64,000 nt of DNA from a virus (lineage: Duplodnaviria; Caudoviricetes). The notes below the pieces were generated by a model. That model saw nothing but the letters and a program-made list of their open reading frames with translations. It was not told the DNA's origin and did not search any database. Both the position numbers and the translations under genes were made by a program. Every line of letters begins with the position of its first letter. Position 1 is the first letter of the stretch. Positions 26,234-35,170 of this stretch are shown piece by piece. The stretch lies in the IMG/VR virus record IMGVR_UViG_2518645549_000001, positions 1 to 64,000 of that record; one strand, 5' to 3'.

Positions 26234-27092
26234 TCCGGTACGGCCAAGCGGTGACGCTGAGCGCTTCTACCGTGGCAGCCTCAATCAGCTGATCCGCACC
26301 ATGTCGCAGCAGCTGTATGCGGTCCTTGGTCCTGAGCTGGCCCGTCTGAAGCCGCAGTACACCGCCGACAGCAAGGTCACCTTGGATGGCTGGACTGACG
26401 ACATCCTCGCAGTAATCCGCCGGGTGTCGTCGACGTTCACAACCAGCCTGTTCGATCAGCAGGCCCGCCGGGTAGCGGCCGGCACCATAAGCCGGGCCGA
26501 AGCCGACAACGCCGAGGACTTCCGCAAGTCGGTCAACCGGGCCGTGGGAGTGGACTTCGATCTGATCACCAAGCCCAAGGGCATGGTCGACTATCTCGAA
26601 GCCTCCACCGCCGAGAACGTCAACCTGATCAAGTCCATCCCCGCCGAGTATTTCCAGCGGGTCGAGACGATCGTGCTGGGCGGCATGAAGAGCGGTCTCG
26701 CTCCCACGGCCATCGCCAAGCAGATTCAAGAGCAGACCGGTGTCAGCGCCCGGCGGGCCAAGCTCATCGCCCGGGACCAGGTCTCGCAACTGAACAGTGA
26801 CCTCACCCGCCAGCGGCAGGCAGCAGCCGGCATCGAGTTCTACCGCGTTGAGACGGCCAAGGATCAGCGCGTCTCTGGTGACCCCAGTGGCAAGTACCCC
26901 AACGCAAAGATCAGCTGCTACGGCATCGCCAAGCAGGACATCGGCTACGGCCCGGGCGTTTACAAGGTATCCGAGGGCGCTACCTGGCGCGGCGTGACCA
27001 ACCTGCACCCAGGCAAGCACCACCCGCTCTGCCGGTGCGTAGGGATATCCCTGATACCCGGCGTGAACTACTTCCCCGACAAGAACGGGTAG
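26130..27092 (+). CDS. Head morphogenesis protein (SPP1 gp7 / Mu F-like)
   Basis: RAKLIARDQ, HPG...CRC; start estimated. Confidence 0.8.
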   Translation: MALAAKKTSTPSPLEALTATNKTLLARKRKPREPDPVRPSGDAERFYRGSLNQLIRTMSQQLYAVLGPELARLKPQYTADSKVTLDGWTDDILAVIRRVSSTFTTSLFDQQARRVAAGTISRAEADNAEDFRKSVNRAVGVDFDLITKPKGMVDYLEASTAENVNLIKSIPAEYFQRVETIVLGGMKSGLAPTAIAKQIQEQTGVSARRAKLIARDQVSQLNSDLTRQRQAAAGIEFYRVETAKDQRVSGDPSGKYPNAKISCYGIAKQDIGYGPGVYKVSEGATWRGVTNLHPGKHHPLCRCVGISLIPGVNYFPDKNG

Positions 27093-27095
27093 CAC

Positions 27096-28202
27096 ATGAA
27101 AAGAATGACCATCGACGCGGCCTTCACGCCGACGTCGCGCACTCGCACGCCTGAGGGTTACCTATGCGTGAAGGGCATTGCGGCCCGCACGGGGGTGTAC
27201 CAGTACGTTTCGACTGAACTGGACCTGCCGGGACCGGCCCGCATCGTGAACGTCTACAAGCCCGCCGAAGAGCTGTTCAGCCCTGAGTCGATGGCCACGT
27301 ACGTCGACAAGGACGTAACCAACGACCATCCCGAAGACTTGGTCGACTCGACCACCTTCCGCGAGGTCTCCGTCGGCCACGTTCGCGGCGTTGAGCAGGA
27401 CGGCGAGAACCTCGTCGTCGACATGATCATCAAGGATCAGTCGGCCATCGATGACATCGAGTCGGGCAAGGCCGAGCTATCGCCGGGCTACACCGCTGAA
27501 TACGTGGAAGAGCCTGGCGTTGCGCCAGGCGGCCAGTCCTACGAGTACACCCAGCGCACCATTCTGAACAACCACATGGCGGTTGTAGAGGCAGCACGGG
27601 CCGGAAAGGTCGCCCGTATTTTTGACCACAAACCGAAAGGTACCCCAACCATGGCGACCCGGAAGCTCTTTCTGGACTCCAACAAAACCCTCTCCGTCGT
27701 GCTGGACGAAGAGCAGGCAGTGATCGTCGAGGACGGCATTGCAAAGCTCATGAAGTCCCTCGACGAAGCCAATGAACGCGCCGACAAGGCCGAAGCCACC
27801 AAGGACGAAGCCGAGGAGAAGTTGGAAGAGGCCAAAAAGGCCACCTCCGACGCTGCCATCGGCGTTCGCGTCAAGCAGACCTTGGACACCATCGCTTCCG
27901 CCTCGAAGATCGTGAAGAACTTCGACAGCAAGGGCCTGGTATCCCCGCTGGAGATCAAGCGCGCCGCGCTGACCCAGCTGAAGCCCACCCGAGACTGGGC
28001 CGGCAAGTCCGAGGCCTACATCACCGCCGCCTTCGACTCCGCCGAGGAGGATGCGAAGGAAACCAACGACGAGGATGACGACGAGGACGCTCAGGCGACC
28101 AAGGACAGCCTCGCCGGCCTGGCCAAGGACCTGAAGAATCGTCCGAAGCTGACCAATGACGGCTCCGATGCCTACAACAAGTTCCTGCGGGGTGAAAAGT
28201 AA
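27096..28202 (+). CDS. DUF2213 prohead protease/scaffold
   Basis: TPEGYL...ARTGVYQY, VTNDHP, ELSPGY, NHMAVVEAARAG; acidic coiled-coil C-terminus. Confidence 0.85.
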   Translation: MKRMTIDAAFTPTSRTRTPEGYLCVKGIAARTGVYQYVSTELDLPGPARIVNVYKPAEELFSPESMATYVDKDVTNDHPEDLVDSTTFREVSVGHVRGVEQDGENLVVDMIIKDQSAIDDIESGKAELSPGYTAEYVEEPGVAPGGQSYEYTQRTILNNHMAVVEAARAGKVARIFDHKPKGTPTMATRKLFLDSNKTLSVVLDEEQAVIVEDGIAKLMKSLDEANERADKAEATKDEAEEKLEEAKKATSDAAIGVRVKQTLDTIASASKIVKNFDSKGLVSPLEIKRAALTQLKPTRDWAGKSEAYITAAFDSAEEDAKETNDEDDDEDAQATKDSLAGLAKDLKNRPKLTNDGSDAYNKFLRGEK

Positions 28203-28711
28203 TGGCTACCGCTTTCGATACCTTCGACCAGTACGCCGGCAAGGCCTACGAAGGCCAGATCAACGACCTGTCCATGGCCGACATCACCTCGGGCGTGGCT
28301 GACGTTGCCATCCCGTTCGCCCGTGCCGTCGTTTCCGGCTCGGCCGCCAAGCGTGACGCATTGCCCGGCGCCGGTGCTGGCTTCTTCCTGGGCATCTCGG
28401 TGCGCAAGACCGTAGGAGTCAGCTCCAGCTACATCAGCGGCCAGGGCAACGGCACTTCGAACGTGGTCGGCAGCTACCGCGCTGGCGAAGAGACCTCGCG
28501 CGTCTCCCATGGCCGCGTTTGGGTAAAGACCATCGACGGCGCCACTGTTGGCGCTCAGGTCTACGCCAAGCCCACCACAGGCGAGCTGACCAATGCCGCA
28601 ACTGCTGGCAACCATCTGCTCCAGGGCTGCACCTTCCTGACCGCTGCGGCGGCCGGTGAGCTGGCACTGATGCAAGTCAAGGCCATTGGCCTCACCACCA
28701 TCGCCGCGTAA
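28202..28711 (+). CDS. Capsid decoration/cement protein
   Basis: Gly/Ala-rich beta protein between protease and capsid genes. Confidence 0.7.
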   Translation: MATAFDTFDQYAGKAYEGQINDLSMADITSGVADVAIPFARAVVSGSAAKRDALPGAGAGFFLGISVRKTVGVSSSYISGQGNGTSNVVGSYRAGEETSRVSHGRVWVKTIDGATVGAQVYAKPTTGELTNAATAGNHLLQGCTFLTAAAAGELALMQVKAIGLTTIAA

Positions 28712-28722
28712 GGAGCGATCAC

Positions 28723-29700
28723 ATGCGAACTATGGACGCACAGGCCCAGGCGCAACTGGGCTTCCTGGTCGGTAACCTGACCTACATCGAGCAAGAGGTG
28801 CTGCGTCAGCCGTACGCGGAGATCATGTATCCCCGCATTCTCGCCGTTGACACTTCGGCTCCGGACTATACCGAGTCCATCGGATTCAAGGTTCTGGACT
28901 ACAAAGGTGAACCGGCACCGATCGGCGACCTCTCGCACGACTTCCCGGTTGCCGAGATCGGCTCGAAAATCGGCGGCGTTGACGTCGTCCAGGCTGGCCT
29001 GGGCTACTTCTACACCCAGATCGAAGTCGGCAAAGCCATGGAAATGGCCAATGCCCAGGGCTTCGGCGGCGCGATCAACTACCTGGCCGAGAAGCCAATC
29101 GCGACCCGCACCCTGACCGAGCAGTGGCTGGACCGTGTTGCCTTCGTCGGTGATGCGCGCTGGCCTTCGCTGGCTACTGGCGGCCTGCTGAAATACCCGG
29201 GCGTGCCTGTGGTGTCCAGTGGCACCCTGCTGGGCGGCGCCAACAAGACAATCGCCCAGATCCTGGCCGGTGGAGGCGAGACCGCTGCCAACGAGATCCT
29301 CACGCTGCTGAACAACGCGATCCTGCGCGTTTACGCCACTCAGACCAACTCGATCTTCCGTCCAACTCATATCCTGATGCCGCTCATCGAGTACGGCCTG
29401 CTGACCACCTTCCGAATCCCGAATACCTCGGAAACCTTGATCAGCTACCTGGAGAGAGTGCTGAAGATCACCATCGAGCCGATCTTGCAGGCGGCCACGG
29501 CGGGCGCCGGCGGCGGCAACCGCATGATGATCTACACCAAGAACCCTCAGTTCGCGAAGTTCCACCTGCCGATGCCGTACCAGCTCAATGCGCCGATCCC
29601 GTCACATGGCGGCCTGCGCTTCGAAGCTGCCGGCGTGGTTCGTACCGCGGGCACCGAGCTGCGCGTGCCGCTCTCCCACCTCTACGTCGACAACATCTAA
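28723..29700 (+). CDS. Major capsid protein (DUF2184)
   Basis: 325 aa, LDRVAFVGD...GLL, PTHILMP, YVDNI end; position. Confidence 0.85.
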   Translation: MRTMDAQAQAQLGFLVGNLTYIEQEVLRQPYAEIMYPRILAVDTSAPDYTESIGFKVLDYKGEPAPIGDLSHDFPVAEIGSKIGGVDVVQAGLGYFYTQIEVGKAMEMANAQGFGGAINYLAEKPIATRTLTEQWLDRVAFVGDARWPSLATGGLLKYPGVPVVSSGTLLGGANKTIAQILAGGGETAANEILTLLNNAILRVYATQTNSIFRPTHILMPLIEYGLLTTFRIPNTSETLISYLERVLKITIEPILQAATAGAGGGNRMMIYTKNPQFAKFHLPMPYQLNAPIPSHGGLRFEAAGVVRTAGTELRVPLSHLYVDNI

Positions 29701-29709
29701 GGGGGTCAC

Positions 29710-30069
29710 ATGGCCAAGCCGAAGAAAGACGACGATGCGAAGGTGTGGACCAATGTCAGTGCCAACCCGGTGATCCTGAGCGACGGCAGCACTGTCGCGC
29801 CGGGCGAGGCTACCACCGAAGCCCAGGCCGCGCTGGTGCCGGGATCCTGTTGGGAGGAGTGGCGGGTTCTGGTGCCAGGCTCCGCCGAGCAGAGCTTCGC
29901 CGCTGACCAGCAGATTGACGAACTCCGCCAGGAGAACGCTCAGCTTCGCCAGCAGCTCGCCGACGCCGCCACCGCTGCCTCCAGTGCTGCCACTGAGCAC
30001 GGCGAGGCTGTCGCCAAGCTCAATCAGGAGATCGAAGCCCTCAAGGCTCAGATCAAGCCGGCTGAGTAA
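29710..30069 (+). CDS. Virion-associated hypothetical protein
   Basis: 119 aa, C-terminal coiled coil. Confidence 0.65.
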   Translation: MAKPKKDDDAKVWTNVSANPVILSDGSTVAPGEATTEAQAALVPGSCWEEWRVLVPGSAEQSFAADQQIDELRQENAQLRQQLADAATAASSAATEHGEAVAKLNQEIEALKAQIKPAE

Positions 30070-30111
30070 CGAGAGTGCCCCTGCTCTGCGGGGGCAGTCC
30101 TGGAGCATCCG

Positions 30112-30303
30112 ATGGCTTCCATCACGAATATCAGCTCGCATCGCATCGACCTGGCCGACCTTTCGTTGGCGCCGGGCGAAGCGATCGAGCACTTCGACGA
30201 CCGAGAGGCCGAGCGCCTGAAGTCGACGAATTTCTACCGGGCCGGCTGGATCAAGGTTGGCCCATCGCCCGAGCCAGAACAGGAAGAGCAGACCGATGAG
30301 TAA
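30112..30303 (+). CDS. Small hypothetical protein
   Basis: GGAG RBS; N-terminus resembles that of 29710. Confidence 0.6.
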   Translation: MASITNISSHRIDLADLSLAPGEAIEHFDDREAERLKSTNFYRAGWIKVGPSPEPEQEEQTDE

Positions 30304-30469
30304 CGAAGAGCAAGCCGTGCTGATGCTCAAGGGCCTGGTCAGTGACCTGTCGGCCGAGGAGCAGGAGCAGTACCGGGATGCGAGGGATCGCATTCTGGCA
30401 ATCATCAAAGAAGGTCAACCAGCAGGCCTTGCCCTGATCGTGGTCGCCGCAGAAATTTCCGCCAGTTAA
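30296..30469 (+). CDS. Small hypothetical protein
   Basis: 57 aa, overlaps previous stop. Confidence 0.55.
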   Translation: MSNEEQAVLMLKGLVSDLSAEEQEQYRDARDRILAIIKEGQPAGLALIVVAAEISAS

Positions 30470-30485
30470 TCGAGGTGCGCCCGCC

Positions 30486-30923
30486 ATGGCCGAACTGAAC
30501 ATCCCAGTGACGTCAGAGATGGTCGCTGAATTCCGCGAGTTCTACGAAGAGTTCGCCGACCCGGCCAAGTGGTCCGACGCCAAGATCACCAAGGCGCTGA
30601 ACATCGCCAAGGGCGAATTCGGCACCTGTGGCAACTGGGGCATCTATGGCCCTTATTCGTTCCTGCAGCGCGGATGGTTCGCCCTGGCGGCCCACTACCT
30701 GACCTGGAATGCGGCCACCACTGCCGCGACCGGCGCCGATGGTAGCGCCACCACGCCCTACGCCGTGGCCAGCAAGAGCGTTCGCGATGAGTCGGTGTCA
30801 TACGCCGTCCCAGGCGCGAACGCATCGCTGACGGCATGGGAGGCGGCAGTGGCACTCACCCCGTACGGGCTTGAGTATCTACACCTGCGGCAGCGGGCCG
30901 GCATGGGGGCGATCTGCGTATGA
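30486..30923 (+). CDS. Head-tail adaptor (DUF4054)
   Basis: FREFYEEF, AAHYLT, SVSYA, TPYGLEYLHL. Confidence 0.8.
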   Translation: MAELNIPVTSEMVAEFREFYEEFADPAKWSDAKITKALNIAKGEFGTCGNWGIYGPYSFLQRGWFALAAHYLTWNAATTAATGADGSATTPYAVASKSVRDESVSYAVPGANASLTAWEAAVALTPYGLEYLHLRQRAGMGAICV

Positions 30924-31540
30924 TCCGGCCGACCGTCAGCATGATCGGCACACAGCAGGTGGAGAAGGCTCTCAAGGACCTTCAGAAGAAATTGGAGGGC
31001 AAGGAGCGCGTACTTGTTGGCGTTCCAAGCGGTGCGGGAGTCTATGAAGATGGGTTGACCATCGCCACCATCGCCGCAGTGAACGAGTTCGGCGCCAAGG
31101 ACATCAAGCACAAGGGTGGTGTCTCGTATGGGTACAACACTCAGAAGGACGCCGAGGAAGGCCGGGTACGCTTCCTGAAGTCCGGCGAAGGATTCATGGA
31201 GCTTGGCAAGACCGGAGCGTACTCCGGCAGCATCCCGGCCAGGCCATTCCTGCGCCCAGGCGTCGAGAATGTTGCTCCTACCCTGGTGCTGTTGGCCGAG
31301 GTGCAAATCCCCAAGGTGCTTTCCGGGGAGTTCACCATGCTCCAGATACTTCAGCAGATGGGGCAGATGGCAGAGGATGGCGTGAGGACGCAGATAACCA
31401 ACCTGAAAGACCCGCCCAACGCCAAATCCACCATACGCAAGAAGGGTTCAGACAATCCGCTTATCGACACCGGCAACCTTCGCCAGTCGATCCGCTATGT
31501 CATTGGCGGTAAGGATGAGCCTATCGAGGAGGGTATCTGA
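30920..31540 (+). CDS. Neck / tail completion protein
   Basis: IAAVNEFG, IPARPFLRP, PPNAKSTIRKKG, PLIDTGNL. Confidence 0.8.
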   Translation: MIRPTVSMIGTQQVEKALKDLQKKLEGKERVLVGVPSGAGVYEDGLTIATIAAVNEFGAKDIKHKGGVSYGYNTQKDAEEGRVRFLKSGEGFMELGKTGAYSGSIPARPFLRPGVENVAPTLVLLAEVQIPKVLSGEFTMLQILQQMGQMAEDGVRTQITNLKDPPNAKSTIRKKGSDNPLIDTGNLRQSIRYVIGGKDEPIEEGI

Positions 31541-31959
31541 TGGGCCTGAACATGCGCGGCCACGTCAGCGGCCCTTTCGTGTCGCATCGCAGCGTGCAGC
31601 GGATGCGCTACAGCAGCGAGATCATCGACTTTGAACCGAAGCTGACCATGACGCTGCTCGACACATTCGATGCCAACGTCCAGCCGGCCAGCGACAAGGA
31701 AATCGAGTTTCTCCAGATCGGCGCCGAGCGGGTCAACGATATTCGGGTCATCCATCGCAACGACGGCAAGGGCATTGAGGTATCAACCCCGGGCAACCTG
31801 GCCGACATCCTCGTCTTCGCCGAGACCCCGGACAAGCCCGCCACCTGGTGGAAGGCCATGGCGACCGACTACCGCCCTCGGCACAACTTCTGCCGCGCGG
31901 TGATCGCCAAGCTGGACCCGGCCGAGATCGAGAAGCTGCAGGGGTACGCCAATGCATAA
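31540..31959 (+). CDS. Head-closure-like protein
   Basis: Position in neck module; ANVQPAS motif. Confidence 0.6.
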   Translation: MGLNMRGHVSGPFVSHRSVQRMRYSSEIIDFEPKLTMTLLDTFDANVQPASDKEIEFLQIGAERVNDIRVIHRNDGKGIEVSTPGNLADILVFAETPDKPATWWKAMATDYRPRHNFCRAVIAKLDPAEIEKLQGYANA

Positions 31960-32464
31960 GTTGCGCGGCGATCTGATCGCACTCTTCCGGCAGGGTCACT
32001 TCGATGTGATCGTCCATGGACAGAACTGCCACTGCAACATGGATGACGGCATCGCCAAAACGATTGCCTCATTCTTCCCTGAGGCTCTCTTGGCAGACAT
32101 GGCGACCAAGCCATATGACCGATCAAAGCTCGGGACGTACACCAAAGCCGTGGTCCCCCATGGCGTCATCATCAATGCCTATACCCAATACGACTGGTGC
32201 GGGTCTCGACCGGGCGGACTTCCCCTCACGGAATATCAGGCGCTGCGCGATGCATTCCGGGCGGCGATGGGCGAGTTTGGCGGACAGGGCCGGCGATGGG
32301 GGGTACCTGCTATAGGTGCAGCCCGAGGTGGCGGTGACTGGGGCGTTATCAGCGAAATCATCGATGAGGAACTGGCGGGTGAAAACGTCACCTTTGTCGA
32401 GTTCGATGGGCCAGACAGCGCCTATGGCGACTACCGGCGAAACATGAGGCGACCCCATGGTTGA
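31952..32464 (+). CDS. Macro domain (ADP-ribose binding/processing) protein
   Basis: GDL...DVIVHGQNC..M..GIA...NAYTQY...P.IG..GGGDW..I..II. Confidence 0.85.
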   Translation: MHKLRGDLIALFRQGHFDVIVHGQNCHCNMDDGIAKTIASFFPEALLADMATKPYDRSKLGTYTKAVVPHGVIINAYTQYDWCGSRPGGLPLTEYQALRDAFRAAMGEFGGQGRRWGVPAIGAARGGGDWGVISEIIDEELAGENVTFVEFDGPDSAYGDYRRNMRRPHG

Positions 32465-33014
32465 TACCGTCGCATTGACCAAGGTCGTGTGCCAGGTCGT
32501 GGTCGAGGCCACTGGGCTGCCGGCCAACAAGGTGATCGTCGGCGACCCGGGCACATCGGCACCATCAGGCACCTACGCCGCCGTACGCATCGACAGCCCT
32601 GCCCAGTTCGGTCAGGCGCTCAAGACGCAGCGCAACGTGCCCGCCACCGATGACCCGCGCTTCGAGGACATCATCGAGCGCGTGGCCACCCAGTTCACCA
32701 TCGGGTTCAGCGTCAACATCTACCGCGCCGGCGCCATGGGCATGGCCATGTCCCTGTGCGAGGCGAACAAGCGCGAGCCGATCAAGACCATACTGCGCCG
32801 CGCCAAGCTGGGCTGGTCCCGCGTATCTCCCATCAACAACCTGACCGGCCTCTACCAAGCGGCTATGGAAGAGCGTTCGCAGGTCACCCTGTACCTCTAC
32901 GGCGAATCCGTAGCTGAAGACCGCATCCAGCGGATCTACCGCGTCGGCTTCGAGGTTCAAACCGAACAATCTGGCGCCATCGCGCAAGGGGAAGTAAATG
33001 CCTTATCCGGCTGA
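32457..33014 (+). CDS. Tail terminator / neck protein
   Basis: Directly upstream of sheath; 185 aa. Confidence 0.65.
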   Translation: MVDTVALTKVVCQVVVEATGLPANKVIVGDPGTSAPSGTYAAVRIDSPAQFGQALKTQRNVPATDDPRFEDIIERVATQFTIGFSVNIYRAGAMGMAMSLCEANKREPIKTILRRAKLGWSRVSPINNLTGLYQAAMEERSQVTLYLYGESVAEDRIQRIYRVGFEVQTEQSGAIAQGEVNALSG

Positions 33015-34125
33015 GAACATCATCAACATCGTCACGAACATCCGTGCGGCCGGCCTGGGCACTGCCAACTTTGGCGCGGGCATGGTCTTCGCGGACTTCG
33101 ACTCGTCCACGGACGCGACCTTTGCCGAGGGCTCGTACCGAGACTACGGCGGGGTCTCGGCGGTCGCAGCTAACTTCAGTATCGCGTCCGACCCATACCT
33201 CGCTGCGCTGGCCTGGTTCTCGGCGGTGCCGAAGCCTCGGTCCCTGCGCATCTACCTGCGCCAGGAGAATGACAGCCCGGTCGAATCTCTCAATGACGCC
33301 ATCAACAAGCGCATCTGGTTCTACTGGTTCGAGTTCGAGACCACCATCCGCGCGAACGACGCCGATGTGCTGGCCCTGATTGCCGCCGGCGATGCAGCCG
33401 GCAAGTTCTACGCGGGCACCACCAACCAGGCGGATGTGCGCACTCCAGGCCTGGCCACCGACATCGTCAGCAAGGCCAAGCTGCAGGGTTCGCGCCGGGC
33501 TTTCCTGCTCAGCCATGCCACCGCCCCGTACGCCGGTTTCGAGCTGGGCGCAGTGTTCAGCCGGGTCAACTTCAACGCCGCGAACTCGACCATCACCGGC
33601 GAGTTCAAGAAGCTGCCCGGCATCGTTGCCGAAGACCTGACGAACACCGCCTACAGCGCGATGAAAGAGAAAGGCGCGCCGTTCTATACGATCGTCGAAA
33701 CCGGTGGCCAAGTGGATGCCGGCCGGGTGATCAACTCCAAGTCGACCTCCAGCTACGGCGAGTTCATCGACGACGTGTTCAACCTGGACGGCTTCGTCAA
33801 CACGCTGACCGTCAACGTGTACAACGCCTTGGCCAATGCCAAGAAGCTTGGGCAGACTCCGGACGGGCAGCAGGTACTGATTGATGCCGCATCCCAAGTT
33901 GGGCAGCGCTACATCGACAACGGATATCTGGGTCCTCGCACCTACACCGACGACGAAACCGGCGAAGAGAAGCTCAGCGATGGCTGGCTGATGCTCAGCA
34001 AAGCTGAAGACATTCTCAGCATTTTGGACGCAGAGCGGTCAGGTCGTTTCTCGGCCCCAATACGCATGCGGGTATTCCGTGCCGGCGCAATTCACGCCGT
34101 AGACATCACCGTCGACGTCGAATAA
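32998..34125 (+). CDS. Tail sheath protein (DUF3383)
   Basis: NFNAANSTITGEFKKLPGI, FIDDVFNLD, AGAIHAVDITV. Confidence 0.85.
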   Translation: MPYPAENIINIVTNIRAAGLGTANFGAGMVFADFDSSTDATFAEGSYRDYGGVSAVAANFSIASDPYLAALAWFSAVPKPRSLRIYLRQENDSPVESLNDAINKRIWFYWFEFETTIRANDADVLALIAAGDAAGKFYAGTTNQADVRTPGLATDIVSKAKLQGSRRAFLLSHATAPYAGFELGAVFSRVNFNAANSTITGEFKKLPGIVAEDLTNTAYSAMKEKGAPFYTIVETGGQVDAGRVINSKSTSSYGEFIDDVFNLDGFVNTLTVNVYNALANAKKLGQTPDGQQVLIDAASQVGQRYIDNGYLGPRTYTDDETGEEKLSDGWLMLSKAEDILSILDAERSGRFSAPIRMRVFRAGAIHAVDITVDVE

Positions 34126-34137
34126 GGAGTTTGAAAA

Positions 34138-34542
34138 ATGGCAGTAGCTGATTTCTCTGCGGAGAACTGCGTCCACGTCATTACCGGTGTTGGCGTAATC
34201 GATGACTGGGGCCGCACGGACCCACCCGCCACGATCGAGTACATCGATGAAAACGGGGTTTTGATTCGAGGCCTGGGCGGCAACGCTGTGCGATTTCACC
34301 GCAAAAATCCTGGCGTCCGCGTCACCTACAACCTGATGCCAGGTAGTCCTCAGGCGCTTGCGCTGCAAGCTCAGGTCAATGCCAAGTCGGAGATATCGGG
34401 GTCCTACGCCTCTATCGCAGGTTTAGAGGGCGCTGTTTTCTCCGAGGGCATCATCACACGTGGCAAGTCCATGGCGCGCAGCGGGCCTGGACTCAACGAT
34501 GCAACCTTCGTCCTGGAGTTTAACAAGGCGAAAATCGTATGA
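34138..34542 (+). CDS. Tail tube protein
   Basis: 134 aa after sheath, AAGGAG RBS. Confidence 0.75.
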   Translation: MAVADFSAENCVHVITGVGVIDDWGRTDPPATIEYIDENGVLIRGLGGNAVRFHRKNPGVRVTYNLMPGSPQALALQAQVNAKSEISGSYASIAGLEGAVFSEGIITRGKSMARSGPGLNDATFVLEFNKAKIV

Positions 34543-35018
34543 CCCAGGCTAAGGACTACATCCGCAAGATAGAGCACGAGGGTGTGACCTACACCTTTGG
34601 TATGCCCAGCGCTGAAAAGCAGCGCGCGGTGCTGTTCCGTCTCGGAAAGTACGGGGTCGAGCCACTAATTCGTGGCCTGGCGCAGGCCGAGCTCGGCGCC
34701 GCATCTTCGGTAGCCATCGCCGGACAGATCGTTGGGGTAATGCTGTCTCGCATCCCAGAGGATGATTTCAACTTCATCTGCGACACGATGCTTTGCCAGC
34801 TTCACGCCGGCGGCGAGCTGCAGTCGATCAACCACTTTTCAGGTCGCCTGAAGACCTACTTCACCCTGGTGGTTCTGGCCCTCGGGAACGTGTTCGAGGA
34901 TTTTACCGGACTCCTGACCCTCTTCCAGAGCTCTACCGGTTCAGCCGGGGAGCCCGGGGCGAGTCAGGAGAACGCCTCAACCCAGCCATCGACTGGGATC
35001 TCTGGCGACCCTGCGTAG
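34539..35018 (+). CDS. Tail assembly chaperone (G-like)
   Basis: Between tube and tape measure; G GAT TTT slippery site at 34898-34904. Confidence 0.75.
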   Translation: MTQAKDYIRKIEHEGVTYTFGMPSAEKQRAVLFRLGKYGVEPLIRGLAQAELGAASSVAIAGQIVGVMLSRIPEDDFNFICDTMLCQLHAGGELQSINHFSGRLKTYFTLVVLALGNVFEDFTGLLTLFQSSTGSAGEPGASQENASTQPSTGISGDPA

Positions 35019-35170
35019 GGATCCCCGGGGTTTGCCCTCCGCTCTGCACCTACAAAGACCTCACTGACGGCACCTACTCGCTGGGCTGGGTCAAGCGCGC
35101 CAACCTGGCGATGGATGAAATGCTGTACGTGCGGCAGCTGCACGACGAGAGCCGGAGAGCGAACCCGTGA
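34898..35170 (+). CDS. Tail assembly chaperone extension (T-like), -1 frame
   Basis: Open -1 frame with no good own start, ending in a GTGA overlap with the TMP start. Confidence 0.65.
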   Translation, partial: GFYRTPDPLPELYRFSRGARGESGERLNPAIDWDLWRPCVGIPGVCPPLCTYKDLTDGTYSLGWVKRANLAMDEMLYVRQLHDESRRANP

